DNA from: Zootoca vivipara
Taxonomy: Eukaryota
Reading direction: 5' to 3'
Length of the DNA: 64,000 nt
Assembly: GCF_963506605.1 (NCBI RefSeq)
Contig: NC_083278.1
Location: forward strand, 53,258,001-53,322,000
Shown here piece after piece: positions 14,289 through 27,184 of the stretch; within the stretch, counting starts at the first letter, position 1, and each line of letters starts with the position of its first letter. A model generated the notes under the pieces. The model was not told the origin of the DNA. It did no database searches and saw only the letters and a list, made by a program, of their open reading frames with translations. A program made the translations under genes and the position numbers.

Positions 14289-14484
14289 TTGTTGTTGTTG
14301 TTTAGTCGTTTAGTCGTGTCCGACTCTTCGTGACCCCATGGACCAGAGCACGCCAGGCACTCCTGTCTTGCACTGCCTCCCGCAGTTTGGTCAAACTCAT
14401 GTTCGTAGCTTCGAGAACACTGTCCAACCATCTCGTCCTCTGTCGTCGCCTTCTCCTAGTGCCCTCAATTGAGGGCACTAGGAG
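14289..14484 (-). mobile_element. Bov-B LINE 3' fragment with fold-back 5' end
   Basis: Near-identical to the reverse complement of ~59370-59546, (CAA)n tail; TSD ggaggaatt. Confidence 0.92.
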
Positions 14485-15722
14485 TAGGAGGAATTAGTGA
14501 ACATTAGTGAACATTTTATTTTGCCTTGCAGTTACTGTAATCCTATGAGAAGCCTGGACCCAGCACTTTATGATCCTGACTTGATACAGTTGGAGGACTA
14601 AAGGATTCTTTCTGAGGAGCTTTTGACAAGGAGATTCTGAGAGAGAAAGTTGAAAACAACAGAGAAGAAAGAATACAAAGGCCTCATCCTCACCATCAGA
14701 AGTCTCATTTCATACCATGAATGTTCATGCATTTTTGAGAGAGAGACCACATTCCCTGTGTTCTGCTGACATTTTGCAAGTGTTGTAGCAAACACACACT
14801 TTTAACTTACCGTCTCCAATGCTAGTCATATTCAGAGTAGACTTATGAAAATTAATGGGCATTGCTGACTTAGGTCCTTCAATTTGAACGAGTCTACTCT
14901 ATGTTAAACATAATTGGATGCAGCCCATAAACTCTGGGGAAGACTCCCGTCCTTCCATGATCCATACTCATGCTGAAGAATCCATTTAAATTTAATTCAT
15001 ACAATGCTTTGTTTTTCCTCAAATATCATTCCATATCATGGATGACTTCTAAACAGTACTGCAGTTTTAAAGCAACATTTGGTCATTTAATTCTGCTAAG
15101 GTAGGAAGGCAGAAAATGTCTTTATGGTATTATTGGATTCAGAAATCATTAAGCCCAGCAGGAAGAAAAGCACTTCAGAGCTTTCAAAAAGATAACAAGC
15201 CTTGAAGTGCTAAGGAATGAATTTCTTTTTATTAGAATTTTCATACAAACACAGCCCTCATGGGCTGCTCTAATAATAAGAGCTCTTGTAACAGGTCAAA
15301 AAAGGAGAATCAAAGATAAACAACCAGTCAGATTTTTTAAAAGTGTCCTATAAAAATAAACATCAAATGAAGAACAGCTACAGGTTTAGCTGAATCAGTA
15401 AAATGTATGCGCACATTTCAGGCAAAGTGGAGCTCTTTTTAAAGCCCTTTATTCTGTTAGGAGAAGTAAGGATGTGATTATATCTCTCCCCTTGAAATTA
15501 ATGAACCATCTAATATTTTCCTATGCATTCAATATTATTCCAGGCATGTTGATTCAATGGGACTTACTTGCAAGTAAGCACACATAGTAATGCAACTTTT
15601 AATATACATGTACTTAACTTTGCAAGGGTTGTATGCTTACAAAGTTTTTACAAACATATATTTGCTGCATGACTGCATTTTACAGCAAGGTTAAAATATG
15701 CATTTTAGGGTATGCTTTGTTA

Positions 15723-15779
15723 TTGTTTAGTCGTTCAGTCGTGTCCGACTCTTCGTGACCCCATGGACCGGAGCACGCC
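15723..15779 (-). mobile_element. Very short Bov-B 3' tail insertion
   Basis: Matches the Bov-B terminal ~57 nt; TSD atgctttgtta on both sides. Confidence 0.85.
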
Positions 15780-15826
15780 ATGCTTTGTTAGTCATATCTA
15801 ACAAAGTCATAGTGAGCATGGCTAAT

Positions 15827-16423
15827 GGCAGTGAGATTTTACTTTCTGGGTTCCATGATCACTACAGATGGTAACAGCAGTCACGAAATTAAAAGACACC
15901 TGCTTCTTGAGAGAAAAGCGATGAAAAACCTAGACGGCATCTTAAAAAGCAGAGACATCACCTTGCCAACAAAGGTCCACATAGTTAAAGCTATGGTTTT
16001 CCCAGTAGTGATGTATGGAAGTGAGAGCTGGACCATAAAGAAGGCTGATCACCAAAGAATTGATGCTTTTGAATTATGGTGCTGGAGGAGACTCTTGAGA
16101 GTCCCATGGACTGCAAGAAGATCAAACCTATAAATTCTGAAGGAATTGCTCACTGGAAGGACAGATCGTGAAGCTGAGGCTCCAATACTTTGGCTACCTC
16201 ATGAGAAGAGAAGACTCCCTGGAAAAGACCCTGATGTTCGGAAAGATGGAGGGCACTAGGAGAAGGGGACGACAGAGGACAAGATGGTTGGACAGTGTTC
16301 TCGAAGCTACCAACATGAGTCTGACCAAACTGCGGGCGGCAGTGCAAGACAGGAGTGCCTGGCGTGCTCTGGTCCATGGGGTCATGAAGAGTCGGACACG
16401 ACTAAACGACTAAACAACAACAA
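15827..16423 (+). mobile_element. Bov-B (RTE) LINE, 5'-truncated, with small deletions
   Basis: ORFs 15825-16133 and 16168-16413 match the Bov-B RT C-terminus (VFPVVMYGSESWTIKK, RIDAFELWCWRRLLRVPW); (CAA)n tail. Confidence 0.95.
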
Positions 16424-17274
16424 CTCTGAGTTTGACATAGTTGGATAGAACAGACAATAGAAGCTAAATTCAGTAGCTTTACCTTGGAGTTGGAAAGAAT
16501 ATTTCCTCAGAGAAAAAAGATCCCATTTTCAATTGATGCAAAATCCTATTCCTCCATTTTAGGGTCTTCCCACTGAATGGCAAAAGTAACTTTTTCTGGT
16601 CACACAAAAAGCAAAGGTAGAAATGTTGATCCACAAGAGAGAGAGAAATCTACATGTTCATCTTAGGGTAATAGCTTTATTAGACCAAAAATAAATCACA
16701 AAATTGTGTGCAAACAAATAATAATAATAATATGTTTTTGTCAAGCTCTGCAGTCATAGTTTATATATACTGTGACTTCATTACTGACAAAATGCAGACA
16801 CTGAAGCCAACACTAACTCTAGTAAAAGGACATATACAAGAGCATTTTGATAATTTGGGTTCGTGGTTGATGTTTCTGGCACAGCCATATGAAAAATGAA
16901 TATCAAGCTGACATAATTCCCCAGAATGGTTTTGGACTAACCTTCCTAGCACATTGTGTCTACCACTGAATTTATTATAAATGATTCCCCCCCACACACA
17001 CTCTTTGCCTGATAAATGACTGCTGAGATTCCTGAAGCACTGAGATGACATCATTGAAATGGCAGTTATCTAAAGCAACATATTTCTTTATATCGAAAAC
17101 ATATAACCCAAGTGATGCAGCCAAACTTCAGTCAAGGTTCACGATGGCTGATATTGCTGTGCTTATCATGGGCATGGCAGGTTCTCCTTCCTCTTCCAAC
17201 TCTTTATCTGCACCAATGTATCATACTGGTTTGCATTGTCAAACTTGCCCGCCACTTTCCCAGCTACTCGTTTG

Positions 17275-17614
17275 TACAATGGTACCTCGGTTTAAGTACA
17301 CAATTGGTTCCAGAAGTCTGTACTTAACCTGAAGCGTACTTAACCTGAAGGGAACTTTCCCATTGAAAGTAATGGAAAGTGGATTAATCCGTTCCAGACA
17401 GTCCGCGGAGTACTCAACCTGAAGTGTACTTAACCCGAAGTATGAGTGTAATTGGTTCTGGAAGTCCGTACTTAACCTGAAGCGTACTTAACCTGAAACG
17501 AACTTTCCCATTGAAAGTAATGGAAAGTGGATTAATCCGTTCCAGATGGGTCTGCGGAGTACTTAAACTGAAAGTACTCAAACCGAAGCGTACTTAAACT
17601 GAGGTATGACTGTA
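17275..17614. mobile_element. Tigger/mariner-type MITE with internal ~130 bp tandem duplication
   Basis: TA-flanked TIRs tacaatggtacctcggtttaagtac...gtacttaaactgaggtatgactgta; repeated gtacttaacctgaag units. Confidence 0.85.
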
Positions 17615-18973
17615 TCATGTTTCCTCTAGCATTGGAAAAAGAGGTGGTACAGTGAATGGAATGGTGTGTGGTTGTGTAATAGTACTACTACTAGTAGTAG
17701 CTTGCTGGCTTAATAGTGGGACTGCCATCATGTCCATTCTCTGGCCCTGACTGCATGCAGCATCTGCAACAGCTGTGTTTATGGACCCATTGTTTTCTCC
17801 AGCTTTCGGAGGGACCTTGGGCAAGACACCTTCCATAGGCTCCTTCCCACTGTGAGTCTGTTTTCTCACTTGCCATCATTGCCAGTTGCTGCAGCTCCTC
17901 TTCCTCATCATTGTTGCCCTGTGCTTCGATTCCAGGCATAAAAGGGCCAATAAGCTAGCAATAGCACCTCCTCCTCCTCCTCCTTCTTGCCATCATTGTT
18001 TTTTGGTCCAGAGTTTGAGGCAGGTGAACAAGCAGGCAGGTTTCAATAGTGAAGGGGTTGAGCAGGTCCAGGGCGGCTTGTTGAATATGAGCCCTTGGCA
18101 CATGCCCAACCATGCCAAGCCTTGACATTACAGTGATGCAGTACAGCAGATTTGGCTACATGACAATCTTACAAAGTCATTTTTGAAAGAGGGCAATGCT
18201 TCGTGTCCCAGCTCTCTCCGCAGGCAACCTATGTGAGAATGAAAAAAATCAGTCCTAATGTGCTGTTTATGAGCTAATGCATTTTGTTTATCGATGGCTT
18301 TCTATGTTAGGTAGTAAGAGCACAATGTCCTCATGTTTATGCATTTATTCTCTATAGGTTTTTTGTGTTTTTTTAAAAAAGGAAATCATTGGCAACACAA
18401 GAGTATTGGAAAGAAGCAAATGTTTAGCCAAAGGTGAGTTAAAAAAATTAATCAGAGGCAACTACAAATCTAAAAGCTTTTCGTTAGGACAACATTCTAA
18501 CACAGGCACTTCCATCCATCATTCCTCTACTATTAGGGCACTGCCAATTTTGTGCCCTTTAACAGGGAACATGAAAAAGTAAATAGAAAGCCTTGGGGGA
18601 AACAGCTATTTCTGTATTCTTTGGTAAGTCCATAATTGATCTGTTTGGTCATTAGATCCTTTGTACACTAAACTACAGTGCGTTGCCTGAATTGGTTTAT
18701 AATGGTATACCACACAAATACCACTGTGGATTTTGTTGTTGTTCCATAAGAAATACAGATAGAAAAAGAGCTGATGAAAATCATTTATGTTCCAAAGAAA
18801 ATGCTTGAGTTGGTCTTATTAAAGACATCACAGCACGACTGAATGCAGCTTCACCATTCCTGTGAAACCTTAAATGATGTTTTAGAAAACATTTTCATAA
18901 CCAGTGGAGAAAATGTAGAGAAATCATCCTGACAAATGCGAGCCCTTTTAAGTTGTATTTATTTCTGTGTAAT

Positions 18974-19161
18974 TTAAATTTCTTTGGGCCCCAATGTAGT
19001 GGAAGGCAGTTCTAGCAGGGCTAATGCTAACCCAATGGACTCATGCTTCTCATGCTTGAACATCAGTCGGATCAACAGCACGAGAATAGCTGTGGAAACT
19101 AGTACTGTGTCAAAATGTGTCTGCCACTTTCTCAAAAGTACTACCCCCACAAACCCCCTGC
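18974..19161 (-). CDS. Candidate terminal coding exon of an unrecognised 196-aa protein (weakly filovirus VP24-like)
   Basis: Acceptor cttttgcag, phase 1 matching the donor at 19640; open to TAA at 18974; AATAAA at 18963-18958. Confidence 0.4.
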
Positions 19162-19639
19162 CTGCAAAAGAGGCTTCCATTTGTCACACTTTATGGAAAG
19201 TCATAGGAACAGCAGGAAATCCCATGAATTACTATGCCACAAATTACTATGAATTACTATTCCATGTCAATATATTTTGTAACTGAAGAATAGCACACTA
19301 TTTGATTCATGTACTATATGTGGAAGGATATGTCAAAGATGTGTCAGGACAGCATTTTGTTTTTTAATGTGTTGATGCTTAAGCTGTTTCTGGGGAAAGC
19401 GAGATCCCTAGGCAAAACACCTAGGCATAAAAATATTTTGGATATTCGAGTGCATTAATAGAAGTTACTAAGAGCATCTCCTGTGAATTGTTATAGATAT
19501 TTTGGTCTATATACAAATTGAGAGGGACAACTCTTAGGCACAGAACTTGAGCACTTAGACATTGCTATATATTCTAATTTTTATAACCAGACTTTTGCAA
19601 AGGTAGTTGTAGATAGCTGTGACATTCCTCATTGTTTAC

Positions 19640-19865
19640 CATTTGTCAGACTTGCTGACTTGACTTCCTTCAAGCTGGGCAAGTGGTATTTGAGCAGGTT
19701 TGTTTCTGACCTAAAGTTTGCCCCTACTAAAGCATACATTGATCCTGCTAAATATCTGGTAACAAATATGCAGTTTTGCTTTCTTTGTGCTTTCAATTCA
19801 CTTTCACTAGTTACTAGGTTTCTAAACGCCAAAATAGGAAACCAGGGACCAAACGTATTTATGAA
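19640..19865 (-). CDS. Candidate internal coding exon (226 nt) of the same gene
   Basis: Strong polypyrimidine acceptor ttttatttcattttatttgcctctag, donor G|gtaaac, open frame FINTFGPWFP...SASLTN(G). Confidence 0.45.
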
Positions 19866-21009
19866 CTAGAGGCAAATAAAATGAAATAAAAGTTTAGCAG
19901 TAGTTTTAAAATATTTACAGAAAGAAATGCAATAAAAATGAATGGAACAAAAGAGTCCATATGCTATTATGAATGTATAACGCTTCTGTTTTTGATGTAT
20001 TAGTTTATATTATGTATTTAATGAGCTCTCACAGATGGCAAATAATGACAGTTTTAGAGCAAAAGGTTTTTAGCTACTTAAGAAACGTTTTAATGCCAAG
20101 TTTTCTGACATTTTTTATTTCACCGTGTTTACATTTGTGTGACTTAAACATATAAACTGTACTAATATTTAGTCTTCATATGCTTCATCTTATGTTTAAT
20201 TTGCTGATGGCTAGACTTACAGAGAATTATGTATCCAGATTGCCATAACGCCATCTAGAATAATAATGTTCTAACAAAGAAAAACTTGATTTTAACATTC
20301 AGTTATTTCCAACACTCATTGCAGAACCTGGATTGAAATTACTCATTTACAAATAATGTCATTCAGAGTTTTAAAGCCACTGGTGAACTTTAAAATGTTG
20401 AAAGAAGTGTTGAACTCCTACTATTAATTTCCGGGCTGTTATACTGCTGGTAAATGTATATCATGAAAAAAAGCAGAAACGCATAAACGCATAATTCTCC
20501 ATTAGTAGTAAAAATGAAATAAAGGATGTTGACTAGATATAATGTAGAAACTTCTCACCAAACAGACAAAACAGCAGAGACCATTTTGGTTTGTAATGAT
20601 AAACACAAAGGAAGGAAGACCCTGCTCTAACACACCTTTCTTTAACAGAATATAACTCATGCAAAATCATAGTCAATTATAGTTATAGTACCAAATTTTA
20701 CACATTAGAATATCCAGTGGAGGGAAATGAAAAGAAACAGCCAGCAGTTGCTTTGGGGTGTGTGAAGCTTAGTATGAAGGGTGTGCTAGAAATTCTCAAG
20801 GTTTGTTTTCCTGCTGCCAGCAGCCCTGCTCCTGGACAGAGTTTGAAATATGGATACCGTATCTTATGCCAGCTTAATTTAAACTGGTGTGAATGACATT
20901 GGCTTCTTATATTTAGGGTTGCTCTGTCCCTCCCGGGTAAGTGTGTCTAGGATTGAATCCTTATATGATTACTATTTTTTGCTTCCTTGCTTGTTTGTAC
21001 TGTATAGAA

Positions 21010-21245
21010 GAGTTTGGATTTGATATCCCGCTTTATCACTACCCTAAGGAGTCTCAGAGTGGCTAACATTCTCCTTTCCCTTCCTCCCCCGCAACAAACA
21101 CTCTGTGAGGTGAGTGGGGCTGAGAGACTTCAGAGAAGTGTGACTAGCCCAAGGTCAGCCAACAGCTGCATGTGGAGGAGCGGAGACACGAACCCGGTCC
21201 CCCAGATTAAGAGTCTACCGCTCTTAACCACTACACCACACTGGC
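21010..21245 (-). mobile_element. tRNA-headed squamate SINE
   Basis: Reverse complement begins GAGAGCCAGTGTGGTGTAGTGGTTAAGAG (A box) and GGTTCGTGTCTCC (B-box-like); LINE-derived tail; head duplicated at ~21260-21280. Confidence 0.75.
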
Positions 21246-21398
21246 TCTCACCATCAAGACCACTACACCACACTGGCTCTGTTTCACCATCAAGGTGGGC
21301 TAGTAAAAGACAATAGCCACAAACAAGGCAGGACTTGAAACATAAGCAATTTAAGTTGGAGTGGGTCACAATCCACATTTAATGCCTCTAATCTTGTG

Positions 21399-21399
<1 letters not shown>

Positions 21400-21429
<30 letters not shown>

Positions 21430-21790
21430 GGCTCCCGACAGAATATTAAAAGTACAATAAAACATCAAACATTAAAAACTTCCCTAAACAGGGCTGCCTT
21501 CAGATGTTTTCTAAAAGTCAGATAGTTGTTTTATTTCCTTGACATCTGATGGGAGCGCGTTCCACAGGGCGGGAGCCACCACTGAGAAGGCTCTCTGCCT
21601 GGTCCCCTGTAACCTCACTTCTCACAGGCAGGGAACCGCCAGAAGGCCCTCGGCGCTGGACCTCAGTGTCCAGGCAGAACGATGGGGGTGGAGACGCTCT
21701 TTCAGGTATACTGGGCTGAGGCAATTTAGGGCTTTAAAGCTCAGCACCAACACTTTGAATTGTGCTCAAAAAAATACTGGGAGCCAATGT
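21400..21790 (-). mobile_element. L2 LINE 3' fragment
   Basis: Reverse reads ...RAFSVVAPALWNALP... followed by the L2 tail and a (TTA)n repeat. Confidence 0.85.
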
Positions 21791-22419
21791 ACTAGTACTG
21801 GTAACAACTCACTGAAATATGTGTGCTTGTTCCTCTGACTCTGAGTTACCAAATTCTAGTACATGAAGAAATAGAGCACATCCAATCGCTGTGGAAGACA
21901 TTCTAGATTTTGGCTTCTTCTTTTGACACTGACCTTTGAAAGAATACCACATAATTTTGTATGACCTGATCTAATTATAGTGCCAGTCCTTTAATCATAT
22001 TCAAAAGTTAGCAAAGTTGAAAGATTGTACTGTAATATCTATTTACCCATCTAAGGCAACTGAATCGGGAACTACATGGCAGTGGTAAAAAGGGCAGCAT
22101 GTCACAGAAATGGATTGGCCGGCTCTGACCTAGAAATCTCCAGAGTAAATCATTTTACTGTTTCCCAGAGAACTCCAGGAAGATGAAAAATGGAGGGCAT
22201 ATTGTAGAATCCATTTCCTAGCATGTGTCATCAATAAATAGGAAGGGCTCTGGAGGTTCAATATGCAGTGGTTAACTATTCACATCACTTTTTTTTTTAA
22301 TGGAACCCCCTTATATGGGATTTGTATATAAATTTTCCCTCGGCTCCTTTTGCTGGCCCACGTAGCACCAGCATGGATAGCTGGCCCCAGTGAATATTTG
22401 ACGTTTTCTCCCCTCATGG

Positions 22420-22750
22420 TGTAGATCTACAGGCTATAAGATACGGGGGGGTGGGGGTGGCCCTGTCCGAAGCCTCAGGAGGTTAGGGCCTAAGGCACAC
22501 CCCTTACCGGTGGCCACAGGGAGAGTTCCTAGCTGATGTGCACCAGAAGGACTCCTCCTTGGGTGGTCATTCCTTCCCGGACTTCCAGCAAAACGGGCTG
22601 GAGTCAGATATAGCCGGTTAGGTCCAATGCCTAAGCCAATACTGCTCATCATCTGAAACCAATAAAGTTGTGGCCTTTTAATGCTCATGAACCTTAATTA
22701 TTGTGTCACGTGTCTTTATTATACCACGGGGAGGGTCGGGACATTGCCAC
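22420..22750 (+). mobile_element. Probable solo LTR
   Basis: Starts TGTAG, CpG-rich relative to flanks, TATA-like gatatag ~22606, AATAAA 22661; no clear TSD found. Confidence 0.55.
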
Positions 22751-25215
22751 GCAAAATGCTTTGAGGATTTCTTTAACAATTAAGTGGTATATAAATTTTA
22801 TGAAATCAATAAATACAATAGCAATACCTAAAAAATTTTTTAAAATCCTTAGTATCCTGGCATGAAGCAGAGTGGAAAAACCATTAATTACATTTGCCAC
22901 ATTACATAAAAGACTAAAATATGGCATGCTTTAATATTACTAGTAATTCTCAAGGTGATACTAAGAAGTGTTGCATTACTTATTTGCAGTTAAAGCAATT
23001 TCCTGTTGAGGATCTCAAAATACTACACAGGAGGCCATTTCCAATGTCTCAAATTATTCCTGCTTAAAGCGCTGATAGTATACTGTGACCTTAATTGTTT
23101 CATAGATAAGTCTCCTCGTAAATGTGGTTTATGGCTTTATGGCTTATGTCTTCAAGTGCTGTCAATAAAACCAAGAAAGTACAACACAAACAACCTGTAG
23201 CATAACTGGAAAGAGAACACAGGTACTCTGGATCCATGGGCCCATGTATAAGTCAAAAGAGTATCACATCTCCTGAAAATGTTTTCATTGGTAAATAATC
23301 TAATTTAGGTGTCACTTCTTGTGCCAGAGAAAATATTTTCAGGAACACAAAAGAAAGATATAAGAAGAAATGAAAACAGTTATTTAACTGCACTCCCCAG
23401 ATCTAACCTTCTCAAGTAACCGATACAGTGCGATGTTCTTCAGAATGAACAAAGCATTCACTACACGGCTAAGGAATTATAAATAAAACCCCTTCATGAT
23501 GGGCAATAAATTAGCATTGCATCTTTCTGGGAACACAAACACATTAGCCTCACAAGCATAACAGTGCCAGGATACATGAACTCTCCATTGGTTGATGACT
23601 AAGGAATGTAATTGTACAACTGTATATCAACATATGCTTATGCCACTCCTTGGCACCCAAAAAAATATAGAGACAAAACAATGTCTTTGGGGTGTACATT
23701 CACATTGTCTTTGGGGTGTACATTCACATTTTCAAAGCTATCAGATAGTTATGGATGAAAAAAAATGGGTCCCTGAAATGACTAAGGTGGTTGTCGTTTT
23801 GAAGTACTATATAATCTTCCAATATTTCAGGACAAAACTAAGGTCAGCAACTCTCTAGTTAAAGTTCTGCAAAGCAGAGATTCATTCATCTGAATTTAGC
23901 TAACCCTAACAACAAGTCCATCCAATGTGAAACGAGGCTCTGGAGCCAAGGTCTTCATCATCTTCTTAAAGTCCTGTTGTTACACATTCTCAGTCCGGCA
24001 TTGTCTGTTTGCCAGGCCAGAAAAATCACAGGCCAAAAGGAAGGTTATAATCTGTGGTTGATCTTCTAGGAAGATAAAGATATATCTGGTGAAAAGTGCT
24101 CTGTTTGGAAGAGCTATTCATAACTTGGGGAATCTGCAGTATTTCAAAACTACACAAACTCTTTAAGAGCATCACTTAAGAAAATGACAAAAATAACATC
24201 CTACAAACAATCATGAAATTACAGCCATGCATAATAGTGTTGATTGCACTGAACTTTCACAACCGGTTCTTTGAAAAATTGGCACGTTCCAAAGGCTGCG
24301 GTGGACTCTTTCATCTACAACCGCACCTACTTTGCAAATGACAGTATACCCTTGGGAAGGTTCATCTGGATTTTGAAAAGTATGGCAAGTGGGACACATC
24401 TACATTTCCTGGCTTCCCAGCAGAGATATCCTTAAAAGAAGGATATTCAAAAAGTAAAGAACAACAATTTATGATGTTGCACCATGAGGGAATGGTTCCA
24501 TGTAGTCTCCTTTACCAGAACAGTGCTGTCAGAAGTGATCATCTTCTTGGCAGGTAGAGATGGACAGGTAGACGCATGCACCAACAGGAAGGCAGCCCAT
24601 TTCATTTCCATGCAATGCGGCCAGAGACAAAGCAACAAGAACAATGGATTATGTAGCCTAACAAATTTCTCAAGGCAGGACACCCTGTATCTAAATTACT
24701 CATTGAAGACATTTGGCCAACTTTGATGCTGTAGTAGCCAGGGGCCAAACCAGAGGAGACATTAATCACTTGAATTCAATTATCTTGCAACTTTTTTATT
24801 ATGTAGGAGCAGCCCTGGGAAAGTCAAAACAGCCTCAGGAGCATGGTGGGTGGAGAGGAAGAAGTTTAACTCTTCCTTTTCCTGATGCTGCTATTTATTG
24901 AGAGGCCCCCACACATCTCACTTAGTTAAGCCCACCTCAATAAATGTGCCCATGGGAGCCTCTCTTTAAATGGGGCAGGTGAGATGTGAGGTGCCAGGAA
25001 TATTGCAACTGAAATGTTCCTGTTGCTTCAGCCATGAGCTCACTGGAATGATGCAGAAGCTGCCATCTCTCAGCCACCTGCCCCATCTGAAAAGTGAGGT
25101 TTAAAATATTGGCCCATTTTTACAGGAATGTTGTATGGATTACTGACATGAAGGACATATGAAGTTCTTAATACATATTAACCCTAACCACAATGATTCC
25201 TTCTATATCTCTCTT

Positions 25216-25820
25216 TAAAGGTAAAGGGTAAAGGGACCCCTGACAGTTAAGTCCAGTCGCGAACAACTTTGGGGTTGCGGCGCTCATCTCGCTTTCTTCT
25301 TCTTTGGCGATCACTTGTATCTGAGTAAGATTGTCTTCCATAAACACAGTTTTAACAATGGGTCTGTAAGTGGCTGCGGAGGCCAATTCTGGACCCACAC
25401 ATCCTTCCACAGTGGGGAAATTGATTTCTGGGCAGGAGTTGATCACGGTGTGGATTTGCCAAGTGTGCCTTCCTCTTAGTACATTTCTCCCTTGCATCCT
25501 GAGATCAAGTGTCTTCAAAGCCCATCAGGCCGAGGGAGCCGACGTTTGTCCCCTTCCTCAGACAGTTTTTCTGGGTCATGTGGCCAGCATGACTAAGTTG
25601 CTTCTGGCAAAGCCAGAGCAGTGCACGGAAATGCCACTTACCTTCCCGCTGGAGCGGTACCTATTTATCTACTTGCACTGCGTGCTTTCAAACTGCTAGG
25701 TTGGGAGGAGCTGGGACCAAACAACGGGAGCTCACCCCGCCATGGGGCCTTGAACCGCCAACCTTCCAATTGGCAAGTCCAAGCCCCACAGTGGTTTAAA
25801 CCACATCACCACCCGCGTCT
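25216..25820 (+). mobile_element. Sauria SINE with nested RTE fragment
   Basis: Head AAAGGTAAAGGGTAAAGGGACCCCTG, body resumes at ~25527; imperfect TSD tctttaaag/tctttagag. Confidence 0.9.
25294..25526 (-). mobile_element. Non-Bov-B RTE LINE 3' end
   Basis: Reverse translation ends PHCGRMCGSRIGLRSHLQTHC* (RTE C-terminal zinc-finger-like motif), followed by a (GAA)n tail. Confidence 0.85.
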
Positions 25821-27152
25821 TTAGAGTTCACTTATTAAAGTTCATTGTAGTAATTTCTGAAAGCGGCAAGAAGCACTGAACAATCATGTTGCCTTCTATT
25901 ACTCTGGTGGATGTCATTTAAGCCAGATGGAGGTCTGATTCGAATGTTACCTTTGTGGCATGGAAGCTATTTCAATGCAATCTGGTCTCATGCGGCAGTG
26001 TAGCACACCAGGTAACATCAGTTGCTTTTCAGGTCATCATGACTTTGCCTGAGGAGTTAAACTTCCTATCATATTCTTGTTCATGCACATCACTGGAGAA
26101 GGGTGAGACCAGCTCAGGTTAAAGTGACCTTCACACAATAGAGCAAAGATGCGGAACCTGTGGCTTCCTGGTGTTAGACTACAACTCCAATAATTCCAAA
26201 CTATTTGCCGTGCTGGCAAGGACTGATGGGTGTTAGAGTCCAACAACAACTGCAGGGCCACATGTTCCCCATCACTGCCCCAGAGGTACTGTTTACACAG
26301 GGTCTGGGTGCAACTCTGATCTGGCAAACTGGAGTCCTGAACTCTGCCTGGATCAAGTAGCCCCGTGGAAAACAATGGGAGAACTGGAGAGGATAACCAT
26401 GTCATAAGAACATCAGAGGCCCACTGGATGAGGCCAATGGCCCAACTAGTCCACCATCCTGTTCTCAAAGTGGCCAACCAGATGCCTACAGGAAGCTCAA
26501 AAGCAGGACCTGGTGCAATAGGACTGTCCTCAGCAGCTAGTACTCAGGGGCATACTGCTAGTAGCCACAGATAGCCGTATTTCCATGAATGCCATCACAT
26601 TGCTGTTTATGTGCTGGTGGGGCATGGCAGCAGAAAACCAAGGCATCAAGAATATCTGGATGCAAACCATGAGGACACTTTTCTGTAGGGATTTCAGGGC
26701 ATGTGTGAAGGGGGGTCATTTAGGTTAGTCCTAACCCTGCTGCCATGCCCTCCCCCTAGCTATGCATTCAGCCAGCATAATCCATTCTGCCATATGCACA
26801 TAAAAGAATTAGTATCTGACTTCTCATGAAGAAGCTCTACAAGTGTAACATTTGTACATACCTGTATGTATAGCCTCTTCTAATGCTATCTGAATGCAGA
26901 CTCATGACCTTGGTGGAGGGAACAAGGCTAGCTCACATAGTCCCCCCCCCCCCCGGCAAGCTTTTAACATCTGTGAGAGGGAGCTGCCTGTAGTTCCCTT
27001 ACAGGATGCACATTAAGGAATATCCTTTTGTCATCTTACCAGGAGATCTGTGTTAATACCCAAAGGTGTACTTTAAACAATATTGATTAGCACAATGCTG
27101 TGGTCCAATCTGGAAGAAGGTTAGATTATTAAACAAAAAAACAACAACTCTG

Positions 27153-27184
27153 GAATGAATGAATGAATGAATGAATGAATGAAT
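27153..27184. repeat. (GAAT)n microsatellite
   Basis: Seen directly. Confidence 0.95.

Noticed and set aside
17300-17600. Regularly repeated gtacttaacc units resembling a CRISPR-like array
   Set aside because: Eukaryotic DNA; units are subterminal and tandem repeats inside a TA-flanked MITE, and the spacers are themselves duplicated.
18974-19832. Resemblance of these ORFs to bornavirus L motifs D/E
   Set aside because: No GDN motif, needs several gaps, and covers less of the product than the VP24 comparison; likely chance.
24713-24730. WPTLML identical to bornavirus M
   Set aside because: Followed by two stops, no extension, and out of order with the other borna-like fragments.
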